DNA of 64,000 bases from Octopus vulgaris (Eukaryota): positions 3,534,001 through 3,598,000 of the forward strand of contig OX597839.1 of NCBI GenBank assembly GCA_951406725.2, read 5' to 3'. A program made the translations under genes and the position numbers. Each line of letters starts with the position of its first letter. Position 1 is the first letter of the stretch. Of this stretch, positions 1-13,853 are shown in pieces. Below the pieces are notes generated by a model, which was not told where the DNA came from, made no database searches, and was given only the letters and a program-made list of their open reading frames with translations.

Positions 1-228
1 CTTTCACCACAACTTTCTCTCACTCTTACTTCCTGTTTCTGTTGTACCTGTATTTCAAAGGGCCGGCTTGTCACTCTCTGTGTCACGCTGAATATCCCCG
101 AGAACTACATTAAGGGTACACGTGTCTGTGGAGTGCTCAGCCACTTACACGTTAATTTCACGAGCAGGCTGTTCCGTTGATTCGGATCAACCGGAACCCT
201 CATCGTCGTAACCGACGGAGTGCTTCCA
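1..228 (+). mobile_element. 3' part of tRNA-derived SINE (family B)
   Basis: Near-identical to the copy at 19130-19511 and to 46165-46345. Confidence 0.8.
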
Positions 229-649
229 CATGATACACTGGACATATTTCCCTGGATGTCCATGCGTCATATACGATACACATTTCCAGTTTTTATCTTC
301 AAAAACCAGTGTAACTTTGGACTTATCAAAGGAAAGCTTTATATTTCTCAGAACGTATGAAACAAGGGCTAACTAAGTCTGAAAATAAGAATGGGAAGAC
401 TTAGGAAAATGCTCTGGACAGGCAAAGGATTGAAAATATTATTCACCCACGACATTAGGTGAATAATGCACACACACGCAATCACACTCACACACAGAAA
501 CACACTCACAAACACACAAACACACTTATACACACACATATTCACACACACATTGGCTTGATATCATTGTTGTCATCCTGCTTTTAAAAGATATGCGTTT
601 CAAAAGTTAGTGCGTAGTTTCAAATTCCATGGAAGACAGATAATAATTT

Positions 650-1197
650 ATTTTCTATTCTAGGCACAAGGCTCGAAATTTTAGGAGAGCGGGGTCCAGT
701 CGATTAGACTGACACCAGTACGCAACTGCTACTTAATTTATCGGCCCTGAAAGGATGAAAGTCAAAGTGGACCTCGGCGGAATTTGAACTCTGAACGTAA
801 CGGCAGATGAAATACCGCTAAGCATTTCGCCCGGCGTGCTAACATTTCTCATTTCTTTATTGCCCACAAGGGGCTAAACATAGGTGGGAAAAACAAGGAC
901 AGGCAAAGGAATTAAGTCAATTACATCAATCCCAGTGCGTAACTGTTACTTAATTTATTGACCCCGAAAGGATGAAAGGCAAAGTCGACCTCGGCGATAT
1001 TTGAACTCAGAACGTAGCGGCAGATGAAATACCTATTTCTTTACTACCTACAAGGGGCTAAACACAGAGGGGACAAACAAGGACAGACAAACGGATTAAG
1101 TCGATTACATCGACTCCAGTGCGTAACTGATACTTAATTTATCGACCCCGAAGAGATGAAAGGCAAAGTCGACCTCGGCGGAATTTGAACTCAGAAC
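650..1197 (-). mobile_element. Multimeric Meta-domain-like SINE (family C)
   Basis: GCCTTTCATCCTTTCGGGGTCGATAAATTAAGTACCAG core; further copies near 6040-6395, 10145-10547, 14700-14930, 20860-21552, 27800-28012, 32240-32590, 35540-35772. Confidence 0.8.
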
Positions 1198-1657
1198 TGC
1201 CAGTTCCCTTGTCGTTTGACGAGAATTTTCGTGCAAAATTTGGCTTAATCGCTCTTCATCAGACTCAACTGGACGGCCAGAACGAAGTGCGTCTTCGAGG
1301 TCAAAATTTCCATTTTTGAACGAGCGGTTCTTTCAGCTATGGCACCCTCTCCATACACAGCACAAATGTCGCGAGCAGCTTTTGCGGCCTTAGAAAATTG
1401 ATTAAAAGCAAAAAGGAGGTGTCGAAAATACTCGTTTTTCTTAAATTGACATACCAATTTAATGATCTGAAAATAAACACAAATTAACAAAAATTAACTA
1501 GAAAAAAAAATCATAAAAACAAAATAGATTCCAAAATGATTCAAAAATAGAATTCTCGATAAAATTAGATAAAACGAACAATTAGATTCCAAAATTTACG
1601 AACAATAAATTCCAAAATTTAAAAAAACGGCGGGTGTCTTAGTTGCCAACCCAGTAT
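1198..1657 (-). mobile_element. Mariner transposon 5' remnant
   Basis: EYFRHLLFAFNQ..KAAKAARDICAVYGEGAIAERTA..FKNGNFDLEDA.RSGRP HTH; end abuts TA. Confidence 0.85.
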
Positions 1658-1671
1658 ATATGTATATATGC

Positions 1672-1742
<71 letters not shown>

Positions 1743-1769
1743 ATATATATATATATATATATAATATAC

Positions 1770-1900
<131 letters not shown>

Positions 1901-2008
1901 GTGTGTGTGTGTGTGGGTGTGATTATTGCTTCATCTTGACAGATGATAGCCATCCCATCAATATATACACACCACATCACAGAGCATAATCACTCCTCTG
2001 ATGAGCCC

Positions 2009-2059
<51 letters not shown>

Positions 2060-2999
2060 TCTTTTACTTGTTTCAGTCATTAATCGAGCTACTCGACCCC
2101 GGGACTTATTCTTTGTAAGCCCAGTACTTATTCTATCGGTCTCTTTTGCCGAACCGCTAAGTGACGAGGACATAAGCACACCAGCATCGGTTGTCAAGCA
2201 ATGCTAGGGGGACAAACACAAACATACATGCACACACATATATACATATATATACATATATACGACAGGCTTCTTTCAGTTTCCGTCCACCAAATCCACT
2301 CACAAGGCTTTGGTCGGCCCGAGGCTATAGCAGAAGACACTTGCCCAAGGTGCCACGCAGTGGGACTGAATTCGGAACCATGTGGTTGGTAAACAAGCTA
2401 CTTACCACACAGCCACTCCTGCGCCTATAACACAGCCTCTCCTGCGCATATATATATATATATATATCTTTTATCTTTTACTTGTTTCAGCCATTGAACT
2501 GCGGCCATCCAAGCTTTGGCACCGCTTTGAGGAACTTTGGGCGAATGAATCAACCTCGGAACTTTTTTCTTTTAAAGCTTAGTTCTTATTCTATCGATTT
2601 ATTTTGCCGAACTGATAAGTTACGGGAAGGTAAACACAATAACACCAGTTGTCAAGCGGTGGTAGGGGACAACCCCCTCCCACACACACACACGCTCACG
2701 CACATATTTGTCCATTAAATTCAAAATGCAAAACTAGGAATCTAGTCTACAGATGTAAAGTAACCTCGGAGGGTTGGGAATCCTTTTATATAGATTCAAG
2801 CTCTTTTTTTTTTTTTTTTTACAAAACAAAAACACAAGCTAGTCATTTAAATTCCTTTAGAAATAGGGGAAACAATTAATTATTCAAGCCTAAGTAAACT
2901 AATTTAGTCAAAGACAAAAAACAACAGCTAATCCATTGATTGGGAACTAATTAATACTGCTAAGCCTTATATTATATTATATTATATTATATTATATTA

Positions 3000-3056
<57 letters not shown>

Positions 3057-3079
3057 CATACATATACATATATCTATAC

Positions 3080-3110
<31 letters not shown>

Positions 3111-3117
3111 CATATAT

Positions 3118-3437
<320 letters not shown>

Positions 3438-3674
3438 CTATATATATATATATATATATAGTGAGAATTTACAAAAAAAAAACAAAAGACAAAGACGGTG
3501 TGTAATCGGATTTGCAAGGAGCCATGTAAGCGTCAATTTGTGGATTCGATTCAGCCTGATGTTAGCTCATCATTTTTCGGTCATTTGTTTATATTTAAAA
3601 GTTGTCGCTTCAAATCGGAGAATAAATATTATTATGATATATTATTATACAGTTATATATATACTCGGAAGGTG

Positions 3675-3706
<32 letters not shown>

Positions 3707-3887
3707 AACGGTAATTTATAATACTTTTCTCGGTGTAATGCGTGTTCGTTTCTATTTTGCATCTGTGATTTTTTAAAAATCTTTTGTATAAATAAAGATA
3801 TTTCCTTCGTTTTGATGGTTTTCTTTCTACTAAATGAGAAGAAAAAAAACATCGCGAAACTGTTATTTTAACGAGTTATATCTGTTT

Positions 3888-3993
3888 ATCACCCGATGAA
3901 ACACATCTGCACCGCCAGAAGCTCCTGAAACAATTGTTAAGTGTCCCACCCGTGAGGGATCGATGCTAGATGTGTCGAAACAATAGTTGTGAT
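3888..3993 (+). ncRNA. Degenerate type I hammerhead motif with long stem-loop II
   Basis: ATCAC-CCGATGA-AACACATCT...AGATGTGTC-GAAAC-AATA-GTT-GTGAT, then AATAAA. Confidence 0.55.
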
Positions 3994-4036
3994 TAATAAT
4001 AAATTTTCATATGTTCCATCTTCCGTCTTTCATTTA

Positions 4037-4099
<63 letters not shown>

Positions 4100-4743
4100 G
4101 TGTGTGTGTGTGTTTGTATTTGTATATGTATGTATGTATACATATGAATACGTATATATAAATGTATGTATATATATATATATATATAAAATGTATGTAT
4201 GTAAAACGAAGTTTAGAGTGCCATATTTAGTGAGAAAATAATAGGAAGTATCTAAGATTTAAAAAAACTGTATTGACGTTCATGATGTTATCAACATTCC
4301 GTGGGATAGTTGGCTGTATGAAATGGCGTATCTGGCACACGTTAAATGATACAGGTCGAGTGAAGGCGGCGTCATTAATGTCCTTGGTAATGCCATTGTT
4401 GGGAACTAAGACAGCATGTCCAGAAAGCCGTTCAAGGTTTCTTTGATATGCCAGGATAAACTTTCGGCAAGTTGCTAGAAATGTATGTGTGATTGTTCCA
4501 AAATGTTTTCGGCATTTGACATCACTTTCAGTGTCAATTCGTAAATGACCATTGCCTTCAATTTAGGTAAAAAAAAAAAAGTTTTTAGCCATCTGGGCTG
4601 CTATAAACATCTGTGAAGTGGAACCAGAGTTTTGACAGAGAGGTGGAACTTTTGTTTTTGTGTGATGAAGATGATGACGATATAATTAAACATATACGAA
4701 ATTATCATCATCACCGCCATCACTATTATCATTGTCGTCGTCG

Positions 4744-4776
<33 letters not shown>

Positions 4777-5518
4777 CCAGCATCAGCATCACCATCACCA
4801 TTAGCATCTCACCCTTACCACTCCCACAACCACCACCACATACACCGCCATCACCACCACCACCACCGCCACCACCACCACCGCCGCCACCAAACACCAC
4901 CGCCACGTCGTCATCATCATCATCATCACCATTATCACTATCAGCATCACCATCAGCATCACCATTAGCATCTCACCCTTACCACCACGACAACCACCAC
5001 TACATACATCGCCACCACCACCACCACCACATACATCACCACCACATCACCACCACGGCCATCACCGCCACCACCACCACGTCGTCGTCATCATCATCAT
5101 CATTATTATCATTTAGAGTACGTCTTCGATGCTGGTACAAGCTGAATAGTTTGACAGGATCTGGCGAGCCACTGGGCTACAGCGGCCTCCAATCTCAGCC
5201 ATGGAATGGCTTCTACAGCTGGACGCCCTTCCTAGCGCCAACCACTGTATGCGTGCGCGTGTACTACTGGATGCTTTTCTTATGAGGTTGACAACCAAGT
5301 AACTTGCAAGACAGAAAAGAACATGGTAAAATACAAAACAAGACAAAAAAAAACACACACACAAAACAAAAGAAACAAACAAAAAACAATAACTAGATGG
5401 TGGTGATGGTGGTGGGGAGACTATTCGAGAGGAAGGGCATGTGGTTTTATGCCAGGTTTTGAAAGGTTAAAGTATGACGGACGGATAAGCGCACAAATGT
5501 TTTGTCGTAGAGGAGATA

Positions 5519-6020
5519 TACAGGGTTGGCTAAGTCATCCGACAGTAAATCAAAACCATTTATTAACAAGTGAATGAATTTAATAAAAGTATCTAAATAT
5601 GAAACATGATGAAAATTGTTCAAACAGAAGTCCTTCTTGAGCAACACAGTTTTGTCCATTTGAGTCAATACAGAATTACAGATAGTATTTATGGAATTTT
5701 GATTTACTGTCGGGTGACTTCTGGCCAACCCTGTATGTGTATGTATGTGTGTGTGTGTGTGTCCAACTTGTTAAAATTCTATTTATTTATTTGTGCAGCG
5801 GAAGATGGCACTGCATGTAAATTGATTATACAGGGTTGGCCAAAAGTGACCTGGCAGTAAATCAAAATCATTTAACTTATTTATGTTTAACGACTGAATG
5901 AATTTAATAAAAGTATCTGAATAAGAAATATCATGAAAATTGTTCGAACTAAAGTCCTTCTTAAGCGACACATTTATGAAATTTTGATTTACTGTCTGAG
6001 GACTTTTGGTCAACCCTGTA
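5519..6020. mobile_element. Two adjacent ~200-bp Tc1/mariner-type MITEs
   Basis: TA-CAGGGTTGGC...CAACCCTG-TA at about 5519-5735 and 5829-6020. Confidence 0.75.
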
Positions 6021-6617
6021 TGGCTACACCACATTATATGGTTTCAGAATCGATTACATCGACCCCAGTGCTCAACTGGAACTTATTTTATCAATCCTGA
6101 AAGGATGAAAGGCAAAGTTGACCTCGGCAGAATTTGAACTCCAAACGCAATGACAGATGTAATACTGCTAAACATTTTGCCCGGTGCGCTGTTTCTTATC
6201 TCTTTATTGCCCACAAGGGGCTAAACATAGATGGGACAAACAAGGACAGACAAAGGCATTAAGTCGATTACATCGACCCCAGTGCGTAACTGATACTTAA
6301 TTTATCGATCCCGAAAGGATGAAAGGCAAAATCGGCCTCGGCGGAATTTGAACTCAGAACGTAGCGGCAGACGAAATACCTATTTCTTTACTACTACTAG
6401 ATAGATAGACAGACAGATAGACAGAGGCAGATATTTGTGTGTGTGTATGCACACATTTTAAATCAGTATAATATATACACAGTAGCAACATGTAGTCAAG
6501 TAGTTTAACATACATTCACAGATATACACAATGTACACAACATACATTATATACAGTTTATGCACGTGATGTGGACTATATATATAGAAACCTGTCATAT
6601 ATATATGTGTGTTTGTG

Positions 6618-6682
<65 letters not shown>

Positions 6683-6715
6683 CATGTATATATATACATG
6701 TATATATATATATAT

Positions 6716-6747
<32 letters not shown>

Positions 6748-7697
6748 ATCATATATACATGTGTGTGTGTGTGTTTGTGTATGGCAAGTTTCTTTCAGTT
6801 TCCATCTATGAAATCCACTCAGAAGGCTTTAGTCGGGCCGAGGCTATAGTAGAAGACACTTGCCCAAGGTGCCATGCAGTGGGACTGAACCTGAAACCAT
6901 GAAGATGGGAAGCAAGCTTCTTGCCGCCCATGCCATACTACAGTGAATCAGCACTGAGGATATTCTACAGTAACAAAATCAGTTCGTTGTTGACACCAAA
7001 TTAGGTGATGACTAGAAACATTTTCACAACAACATCAGCATTACCAGCATAAATTAATAAATTAACATAATTAGTTAAACTTCTCCAGCAAGTCACGTAC
7101 TTGAGAATATTTTGCTCACTTATGTTTTAACCCTTTTTGAAAAGGCTGTACACTACACCTTTGATTGCATAATAAAGGGGTACCTAAGTGATTGGGATAA
7201 CACATATCAAATTCCAGCCATCTGACATGATGTCTCCCCTCTCTACCTTTACTCTTATTACAATCATGTCTATTCCTTAGAGATTACAGATCCCACGCCC
7301 TTCATTCAAGCGTTATTGGTACCCTTGTCTTTCCTCATTTCAGCTACTGTATTATTCCCACTCCCATCTCCAGGTCCCACACAAACCAATATGCCCAGCC
7401 CTTCTTTTCTATTCCCCTAGAATGCTTCCTCTCTGCTCAGATGTGTCCTGCAGTAGTTATTTTGTAACCGTTCGAGAAAAACGTCAATGGTTAACCACAC
7501 TGGTATTGATCTAATCTGTCTCAGAGTGGTATGTGAATTACCATAAGTAAAACCTCTTTTTCTAAATCCCGCTAGACATTACTACCTCAGGTCCTAGCGC
7601 TGGTTGGCGACCCGGTTTATATTGTGTACCGGTGATCTGGGATCGCAACATTCTTCCTGGACAGGACGCCAGTCCATCGTAGGTTAACTCGTTTACA

Positions 7698-8270
7698 GCT
7701 GATTGGACTGGAGCAACATGGAATGAAGTGTTTTGCTCAAGAACACAATGCACCGCCCAGTCCAGGAATTGAAACCACAATCTAGAAGTCATGGGTGCAA
7801 CATCCTAACCATTAGCTGAGTGGACTGGAGCAACATGGAATGAAGTGTTTTGCTCAAGAACACAATGCACCGCCCGTCCAGGAATTGAAACCACAATCTA
7901 GAAGTCATGAGTGCAACATTCTAAACATTAGCTGAGTGGACTGGGGCAACATGGAAATGAAGTGTTTTGCTCAAGAACACAATGTACGGCCCAGTCCAGG
8001 AATTGAAACCACAATCTAGAAGTCATGAGTGCAACATCCTAAACATTAGCTGAGTGGACTGGAGCAACATGGAATGAAGTGTTTTGCTCAAGAACACAAT
8101 GCACCGCCCAGTCCAGGAATTGAAACCACAATCTAGAAGTCATGAGTGCAACATCCTAACCATTAGCTGAGTGGACTGGAGCAACATGAAATGAAGTGTC
8201 TTGCACTGTCCAGTCCAGGAATTGAAACCATAATCTTGCGAACATGAGTACAACACCATAATCACTAGGC
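7698..8270 (-). repeat. Tandem array, 5 x ~117 bp, of a SINE tRNA-like head (family D)
   Basis: Unit starts 7698, 7815, 7931, 8049, 8166; SINE body continues once to ~7575. Confidence 0.9.
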
Positions 8271-8619
8271 TACAAACCGTCTCCGTTCCAAAATAAATTT
8301 AAAAAAAAGAAAAAGTCTGTAGTGCTTGAATACTTAAGATCCAAGATCTGGCCATGGGAAAATGTTACCAAGCTTGGATACTAGTGGACAATTTTTCCAC
8401 GGACCAAGAATCACGTGCATAACAAAGCACAATAAAGTGCATGATATATAACTCAAATATTACATATACAATACATATATATTACATGCATAATACATAT
8501 TTAATGCAGAAACAGCCTGTAGACTGTGATAGTCAATAAAATAGAAATGAAATTTAAAAATTTATTCCTTCTATGCGACCCGGTACAAAATGGTCCATGG
8601 ACCGGTGGTTGGAGACCCC

Positions 8620-8980
8620 TGCTTAAAGCCCTGCCTAAAGACCTTTCTAAAGCTATTGCTTAAGACCCTTCCTGAAGCCCTACCTAAAGACCGTCCTAAA
8701 GCCCTTACCTATGACCCTTGCTTAAATTTCTTCCTAAAGCCCTGCCTAAAGACCTCCCTAAAGCCATTGCCTAGGGCCTTTCCTAAAGCGATACCTACAG
8801 ACCTCCCTAAGGCCCTTCATGAAGTCCTATCTAACGACCTCTCAAAATCCCGTGCCTAAGGACCATACTTATGGCCCTTGCCTAAAGCCCTTCCAAAAGC
8901 CCTGCCTAAAGACTTTCGTAAAATCCTTGCCCAAATCCCTTCCTGAAGCCCTACCTAATGCTCTTCGTAAAGCCCTTAAA
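8620..8980 (+). repeat. Degenerate 12-bp minisatellite (CCTAAAGCCCTT)
   Basis: Visible 12/24-bp periodicity just inside intron 1 of CXorf65-like copy 1. Confidence 0.75.
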
Positions 8981-9033
8981 AGCCAAATAAAGAAAGACAA
9001 CGACCAAACCCCTACTTTAATTATTACACTCAC

Positions 9034-9282
9034 TTTTAAATCTGGCCTTGTAGTCAATATGACGAGTATATACAGAGTTTGATCTTGGAAAAGCATCTTG
9101 GCGTTTGTAATGTCCGATATCCAGCTAAGGTGAAGAAGTTTGCCCACGGTGTCGATAAGATCGACCACTTTTGATATTATGAGTGGACATTTCCGTCGCA
9201 AGTACTCTTTTATAGTCTTTGCGCGGCAATTTCCGTTCAGGTAAATTATCTCATTTTGGCAATGTAGCACTGAAACGAACAT
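9034..9282 (-). CDS. First coding exon of a CXorf65/C22orf15-like gene (copy 1), 83 aa
   Basis: MFVSVLHCQNEIIYLNGNC...YLRRKC...DLIDTVGKL...TLYILV matches my recollection of the MF..H..N..LN.NC...YIR.K...DL...GK...Y.LV pattern; GTGAGT donor after PDLK; paralogue at 21.6 kb. Downstream exons not identified. Confidence 0.72.
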
Positions 9283-9419
9283 TTCCCGAAAAATATTTCA
9301 TACTGCTTTCTTTTTGAAAACGTAGCTGCAAATGAGAATGAAATCGAAAATTCGTTTTAATTTTTGTTTTGTTCTTTATTTTTCAGGATTATTTTTTCGT
9401 TTTCTACATTTATGAGTTG

Positions 9420-9448
9420 TGACGTCATAAAATATCTTTATTGCGTAA
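9420..9448. promoter_or_regulatory. CRE (TGACGTCA) + bZIP site (TTGCGTAA) upstream of CXorf65-like copy 1
   Basis: Perfect palindromic CRE ~140 bp upstream of ATG; same module and spacing at copy 2. Confidence 0.6.
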
Positions 9449-9499
9449 TTAGATGCGTTTCTCCTCTTCTTAAATAATACTAATATGATCGAACCAGTG

Positions 9500-9780
9500 G
9501 CAGTGGAAGCTTGTCTTGTCCAGGCCCACAGTTGTTCTGGGGATGGATAGGCCACCACACGCTACGAAAGCCTGCACCAAATGTCACCAAGCAGGCCCTT
9601 GACTGGAACCCACTGAGGAAGCGAAAAGTGGGCCGACTAAAAAAGTCTTGGCACAAGAGAGGTCGACGCAAATGTGAGGGCAGCCGGAATGACATGGACC
9701 GAGCTGAAGAGTATCCCTCAGAACCGCATCCGTTGGAAAAATGTTGTTGCGGCCCTATGTTTCCCGAGGAATCAAGAGAA
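9500..9780 (+). mobile_element. RTE-clade LINE 3' remnant
   Basis: WGWIGH.TLRKP..NVTKQALDWNP..KRKVGR.KKSW. Confidence 0.8.
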
Positions 9781-10747
9781 AGAGAGAGAGAGAGTGTGTG
9801 TGTGTGAGTGAGTGAGAGAGAGTGAGAGAGGGTAGCATTGGAGCCTCCGGCGTTCTTGGCCCCCGTACCATGTCTCATCTCAGCGCTATCGGGGCGACGA
9901 TGGCAGTCTGCAAGTACGAACCCTGTAAGTCAGAGTAGCTGTTTCAGCGCTCCCCCCTTGCCATCCTCCGGGACAATGACTTAACTATTTTGTCTGCTGG
10001 ATCTAGGGAGATGACATATGAAAATTTTTAATCGCAAATTTGATGAAAAAGCTTAATCATGTATCAAATAAAGTTCATGAATTGTGTAATATTATACACA
10101 AAGACAACTGCGCACAGATATGTATGCGTGTATTATTTAATAAACCTTTCTTTTCTACTCTAGGTCGAGGCCCGAAATTTTGGGGGAGGGAGCCAGTCGA
10201 TTAGATCGACCCCAGTGCGCAACTAGTACTTAATTTATCGACGCCGAAAGGATGAAAGACAAAATCAACCTCGGCGGGATTTGAACTCAGAACGTAAAGA
10301 CAGAAAAAATACCTAATTCTTTACTACCCACAAGGGGCTAAACACAGAGAGGACAGACAAGGACGGACAAACGGATTAAGTCGATTATATAGACCCCAGT
10401 GCGTAACTGGTACTTAATTTATCGACCCCGAAAGGATGAAAGGCAAAGTCGACCTCGGTGGAATTTGAACTCAGAACGTAACGGCAGACGAAATACCGCT
10501 AAGCATTTCGCCCGGCATGCTAACGTTTCTGCCATCTCGCCGCCTTCGTGTAGTATTTAATAATAAACTTTGATTACAGCAAATGAAAACAAGGGTCTCC
10601 ATAAATTATCTTTACAACTTCCACACTTCCGAACTTTAAACTGAAAAGGTAATTAATTTATTCCATACCTCTAAACCTGTTGTCGGAGAAAAATGTCTAA
10701 AGTGAGGATGACGGAAGTGAGATTAGTTGAAAACATATAAAATATCG

Positions 10748-11560
10748 ACGAGGTGATATCAAAAGGTTCCCGGGATCTTTTCGGTTTGAACGGCAGTTTT
10801 TTCTAGTGGTGTCATATGAAATTGTCACCCATAATTATGACCCTAGTATCGATCTATTGCATTCCAATCTGTTTTAGGGTTAGGAATAGTTAGGGTTTGG
10901 GGTGGGGGAAGGGTATCTCTTTTTCTTCACAAATGTAAATAAACCCAATCTGTTTCTTAAACGAGGGACATATACAGCACAGAATGTTTTTTATACCTCA
11001 ATAGACGTCAATGATTGGTTGAAATTGCAGAAACTGAAGAAAAAAAACAACAAATATCTTACAAACTATAGAATTTTCTCAATAAAGGCAAGAGAAAAAG
11101 ATGTTTTATAAACACATTCTACCAGTATATGAAGTTTAAAAGTGTTTAGTTATTTGGAAATTATTTTCAAAAACTGCCGTTCAAACCGAAAAGATCCAAA
11201 GTTTTAATAATATTTCCGTAATAGTCACCTTGTGCAGCAATAGACCGGTCCCAGCGTTCTCGCCACTTTTGGAATCCGGTCTGGAAGTAATTTTTCTTTA
11301 GCGAGCTGAGGAACTTCTGCGATTCCCTCTGGATCTCGGCAGCGGTGTTAAAACGGTGGCCTTATAACGGCATTTCATCTTATGGAAGCTATGGAAGCCC
11401 GCAGGAGCTAAATCTGGCGAATAGGGTAGGTACGAAAGCGATATTATGTTGTTTTTGGCGAGAAAGACACGAGTTCGGTGAAAGGGTGCAGCGTTGTCGT
11501 GAAGAAGGGAAGAAAATAAACAGTAATCCATATTGCGGTTCATCTACCACGCACTCAGTA
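10748..11560 (-). mobile_element. Mariner 3' remnant interrupted by a MITE
   Basis: LLHDNA, YSPDLAP, FQKWRERW..I...GDY motifs; TIR-like CGAGGTGATATCAAAA. Confidence 0.8.
10773..11197. mobile_element. MITE with 29-bp TIRs GGATCTTTTCGGTTTGAACGGCAGTTTTT
   Basis: Perfect terminal inverted repeat; internal TTAGGG-like tract. Confidence 0.8.
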
Positions 11561-11734
11561 CATCGCGGATTTCTCTGACTAATATATGTAAATTTATATC
11601 GCGGAATCCTCAGTATATCGCGAGGTACTGCGGCCGATAGATATTTATATTTTTTCAGATTTTAATTATTTCTGTGGGAGGTTTTGGAACGTAACACCCG
11701 GCATAGTCGAAGGATGACCGTATATGCATATATA

Positions 11735-11843
<109 letters not shown>

Positions 11844-12066
11844 TCTTTTATTCTTTTACTTGTCTCAGTCATTTGACTGCGTCCAAGCAGGAGCACCACC
11901 TTTAGTCGAGCAAATCTACCCCAGGACTTATCCTTTGCAAGCATAGTACTTATTCTACCGGACTCTTTTGCCGAACCGCTAAGTTACGGAGACGTAAAGA
12001 CACCAGCATCGATTGTCAAGCGATGTTGGGGGGACAAACACAGACAAACATATACACACACATACA

Positions 12067-12163
<97 letters not shown>

Positions 12164-12285
12164 CATATTATACGACAGGCTTCTTTTAGTTTCCGTCTAC
12201 CAAATCCACTCAAGGCTTTGGTCGGCCCGAGGCTATAGTAGAAGACACTTGCCCAATGTGCCACGCAGTGGGACTGAACCCGGAA

Positions 12286-12352
<67 letters not shown>

Positions 12353-12537
12353 ATTCAAATAAGCAAACAATTCTAATTAACGAATAAAAAACGGGAAAAA
12401 AAGAAGGAAAACAACGAAAATGAGGACGTGCATTAGCTTGACGTTCGGTGAAAGGAGAGAATTTAATGTTTCGAACATAGCTCTGCGTCGGAAAGGAGAA
12501 AGGGAAAAGGGGAAAAGTCCAAAGAAGAAGACATCAC

Positions 12538-12646
<109 letters not shown>

Positions 12647-12647
12647 C

Positions 12648-12709
<62 letters not shown>

Positions 12710-12772
12710 CAAAGTCGTCCAAGAGTCCATAAGTCAAGAAAAAATGCACTCGTATATCTGTCAATAGAGTGG

Positions 12773-13199
12773 GAATATTCTTCGAAGGGCACTTTATTAT
12801 ATGTCCATTACGACCGATCTGACCAATCGGTTTCGCGCTGGGAATTCAAAGGAGTCTTACGTAACACCCGATTATGCAAGACTGCGTTCATCAGAGGTAA
12901 CCGTTATGGAATGAAATACGGCGGCTTACACATATATGCATACGCTCCCATACACTGTAGAGTATATTACAATAGGTCGTCTGCGTCTTGTGCCATATAG
13001 CTGCGTTTCCCAGCAGTGCGCTCTACACAGTCACTAAAAAAGATAGTCGCCATATTTCATTCCATAACGGCTACCACTGAGGAGCGCAAGGTTACATAAT
13101 TGGATTGTTACCTAACATTCCGTTGAATCCTTAACGCGAAACTGATTGGTAAGATCGATCGTAATGGATATATAATACTGTACACTTCGGATAATATAT
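12773..13199. repeat. Long imperfect inverted repeat (~152-bp arms) with inner stem
   Basis: 12773-12926 vs reverse complement of 13043-13199: about 30 mismatches and 1 gap by hand alignment. Confidence 0.85.
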
Positions 13200-13214
13200 A
13201 TCTTTCTGGGGAGG

Positions 13215-13853
13215 TTGGGGCGTCATCCCATAAATAATGCGGTATTTTCAATTGCATGAACTAAAAGCCGGATGGGGACGGGATGAACCACCTGCGTCAA
13301 CTTGCTATAAAAGCAGGTAGTAATTTTATCTTGTATTTATTCTTAGTGCAAGTTTTGAAGAGTGCGGTCCATTTTAACAGTTATTTTATCAAAGCTATAA
13401 TGGAAGTGATAAAGGAGTATATTCGGTATGTTTTGCTTTATGAGTTCGATAAAGGCAACAACGCAACGGAAAGTGCGAGGAATATTAATGCAGTATATGG
13501 GGATTGGACAATAAGTGTAAGCCAGTGTCAAAGGTGATTCCGGAGATTCTGAACAGGAAACTACAGCCCAGAAGACGAGCCACGTCCTGGAGGATCTGTA
13601 GAGCTCGACGAGGACGTCCTGCAAACCCTGATGGAACAGAATCCCATCTCAAGTGTTGAGGAACTAGCAAAGAAGCTTGGGCTTGGTCATTCAACCATTG
13701 ATAGACATCGGAAAATGACCATCTTTGGTTTCAAGACGAAAGGTGTTCTTCCATGAGGATAATGCTCGGCCACATACAGCGAGAATGTTCCAAAGGGCGA
13801 GCAGTTTGAATGGGAAACGATGCCCCACCTGCCATATTCGTTAGACATTGGCC
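13215..13853 (+). mobile_element. Internally deleted mariner remnant
   Basis: IRYVLLYEF.KGNNATESARNINAVYG...EDEPR.G; HEDNARPHTA; PH.PYS. Confidence 0.85.

Noticed and set aside
4601-4968. Poly-His/Gly/Met ORFs (also 18369-18907)
   Set aside because: Trinucleotide simple repeats
10874-10905. TTAGGG telomere-like repeats
   Set aside because: Only 2-3 degenerate units inside a MITE
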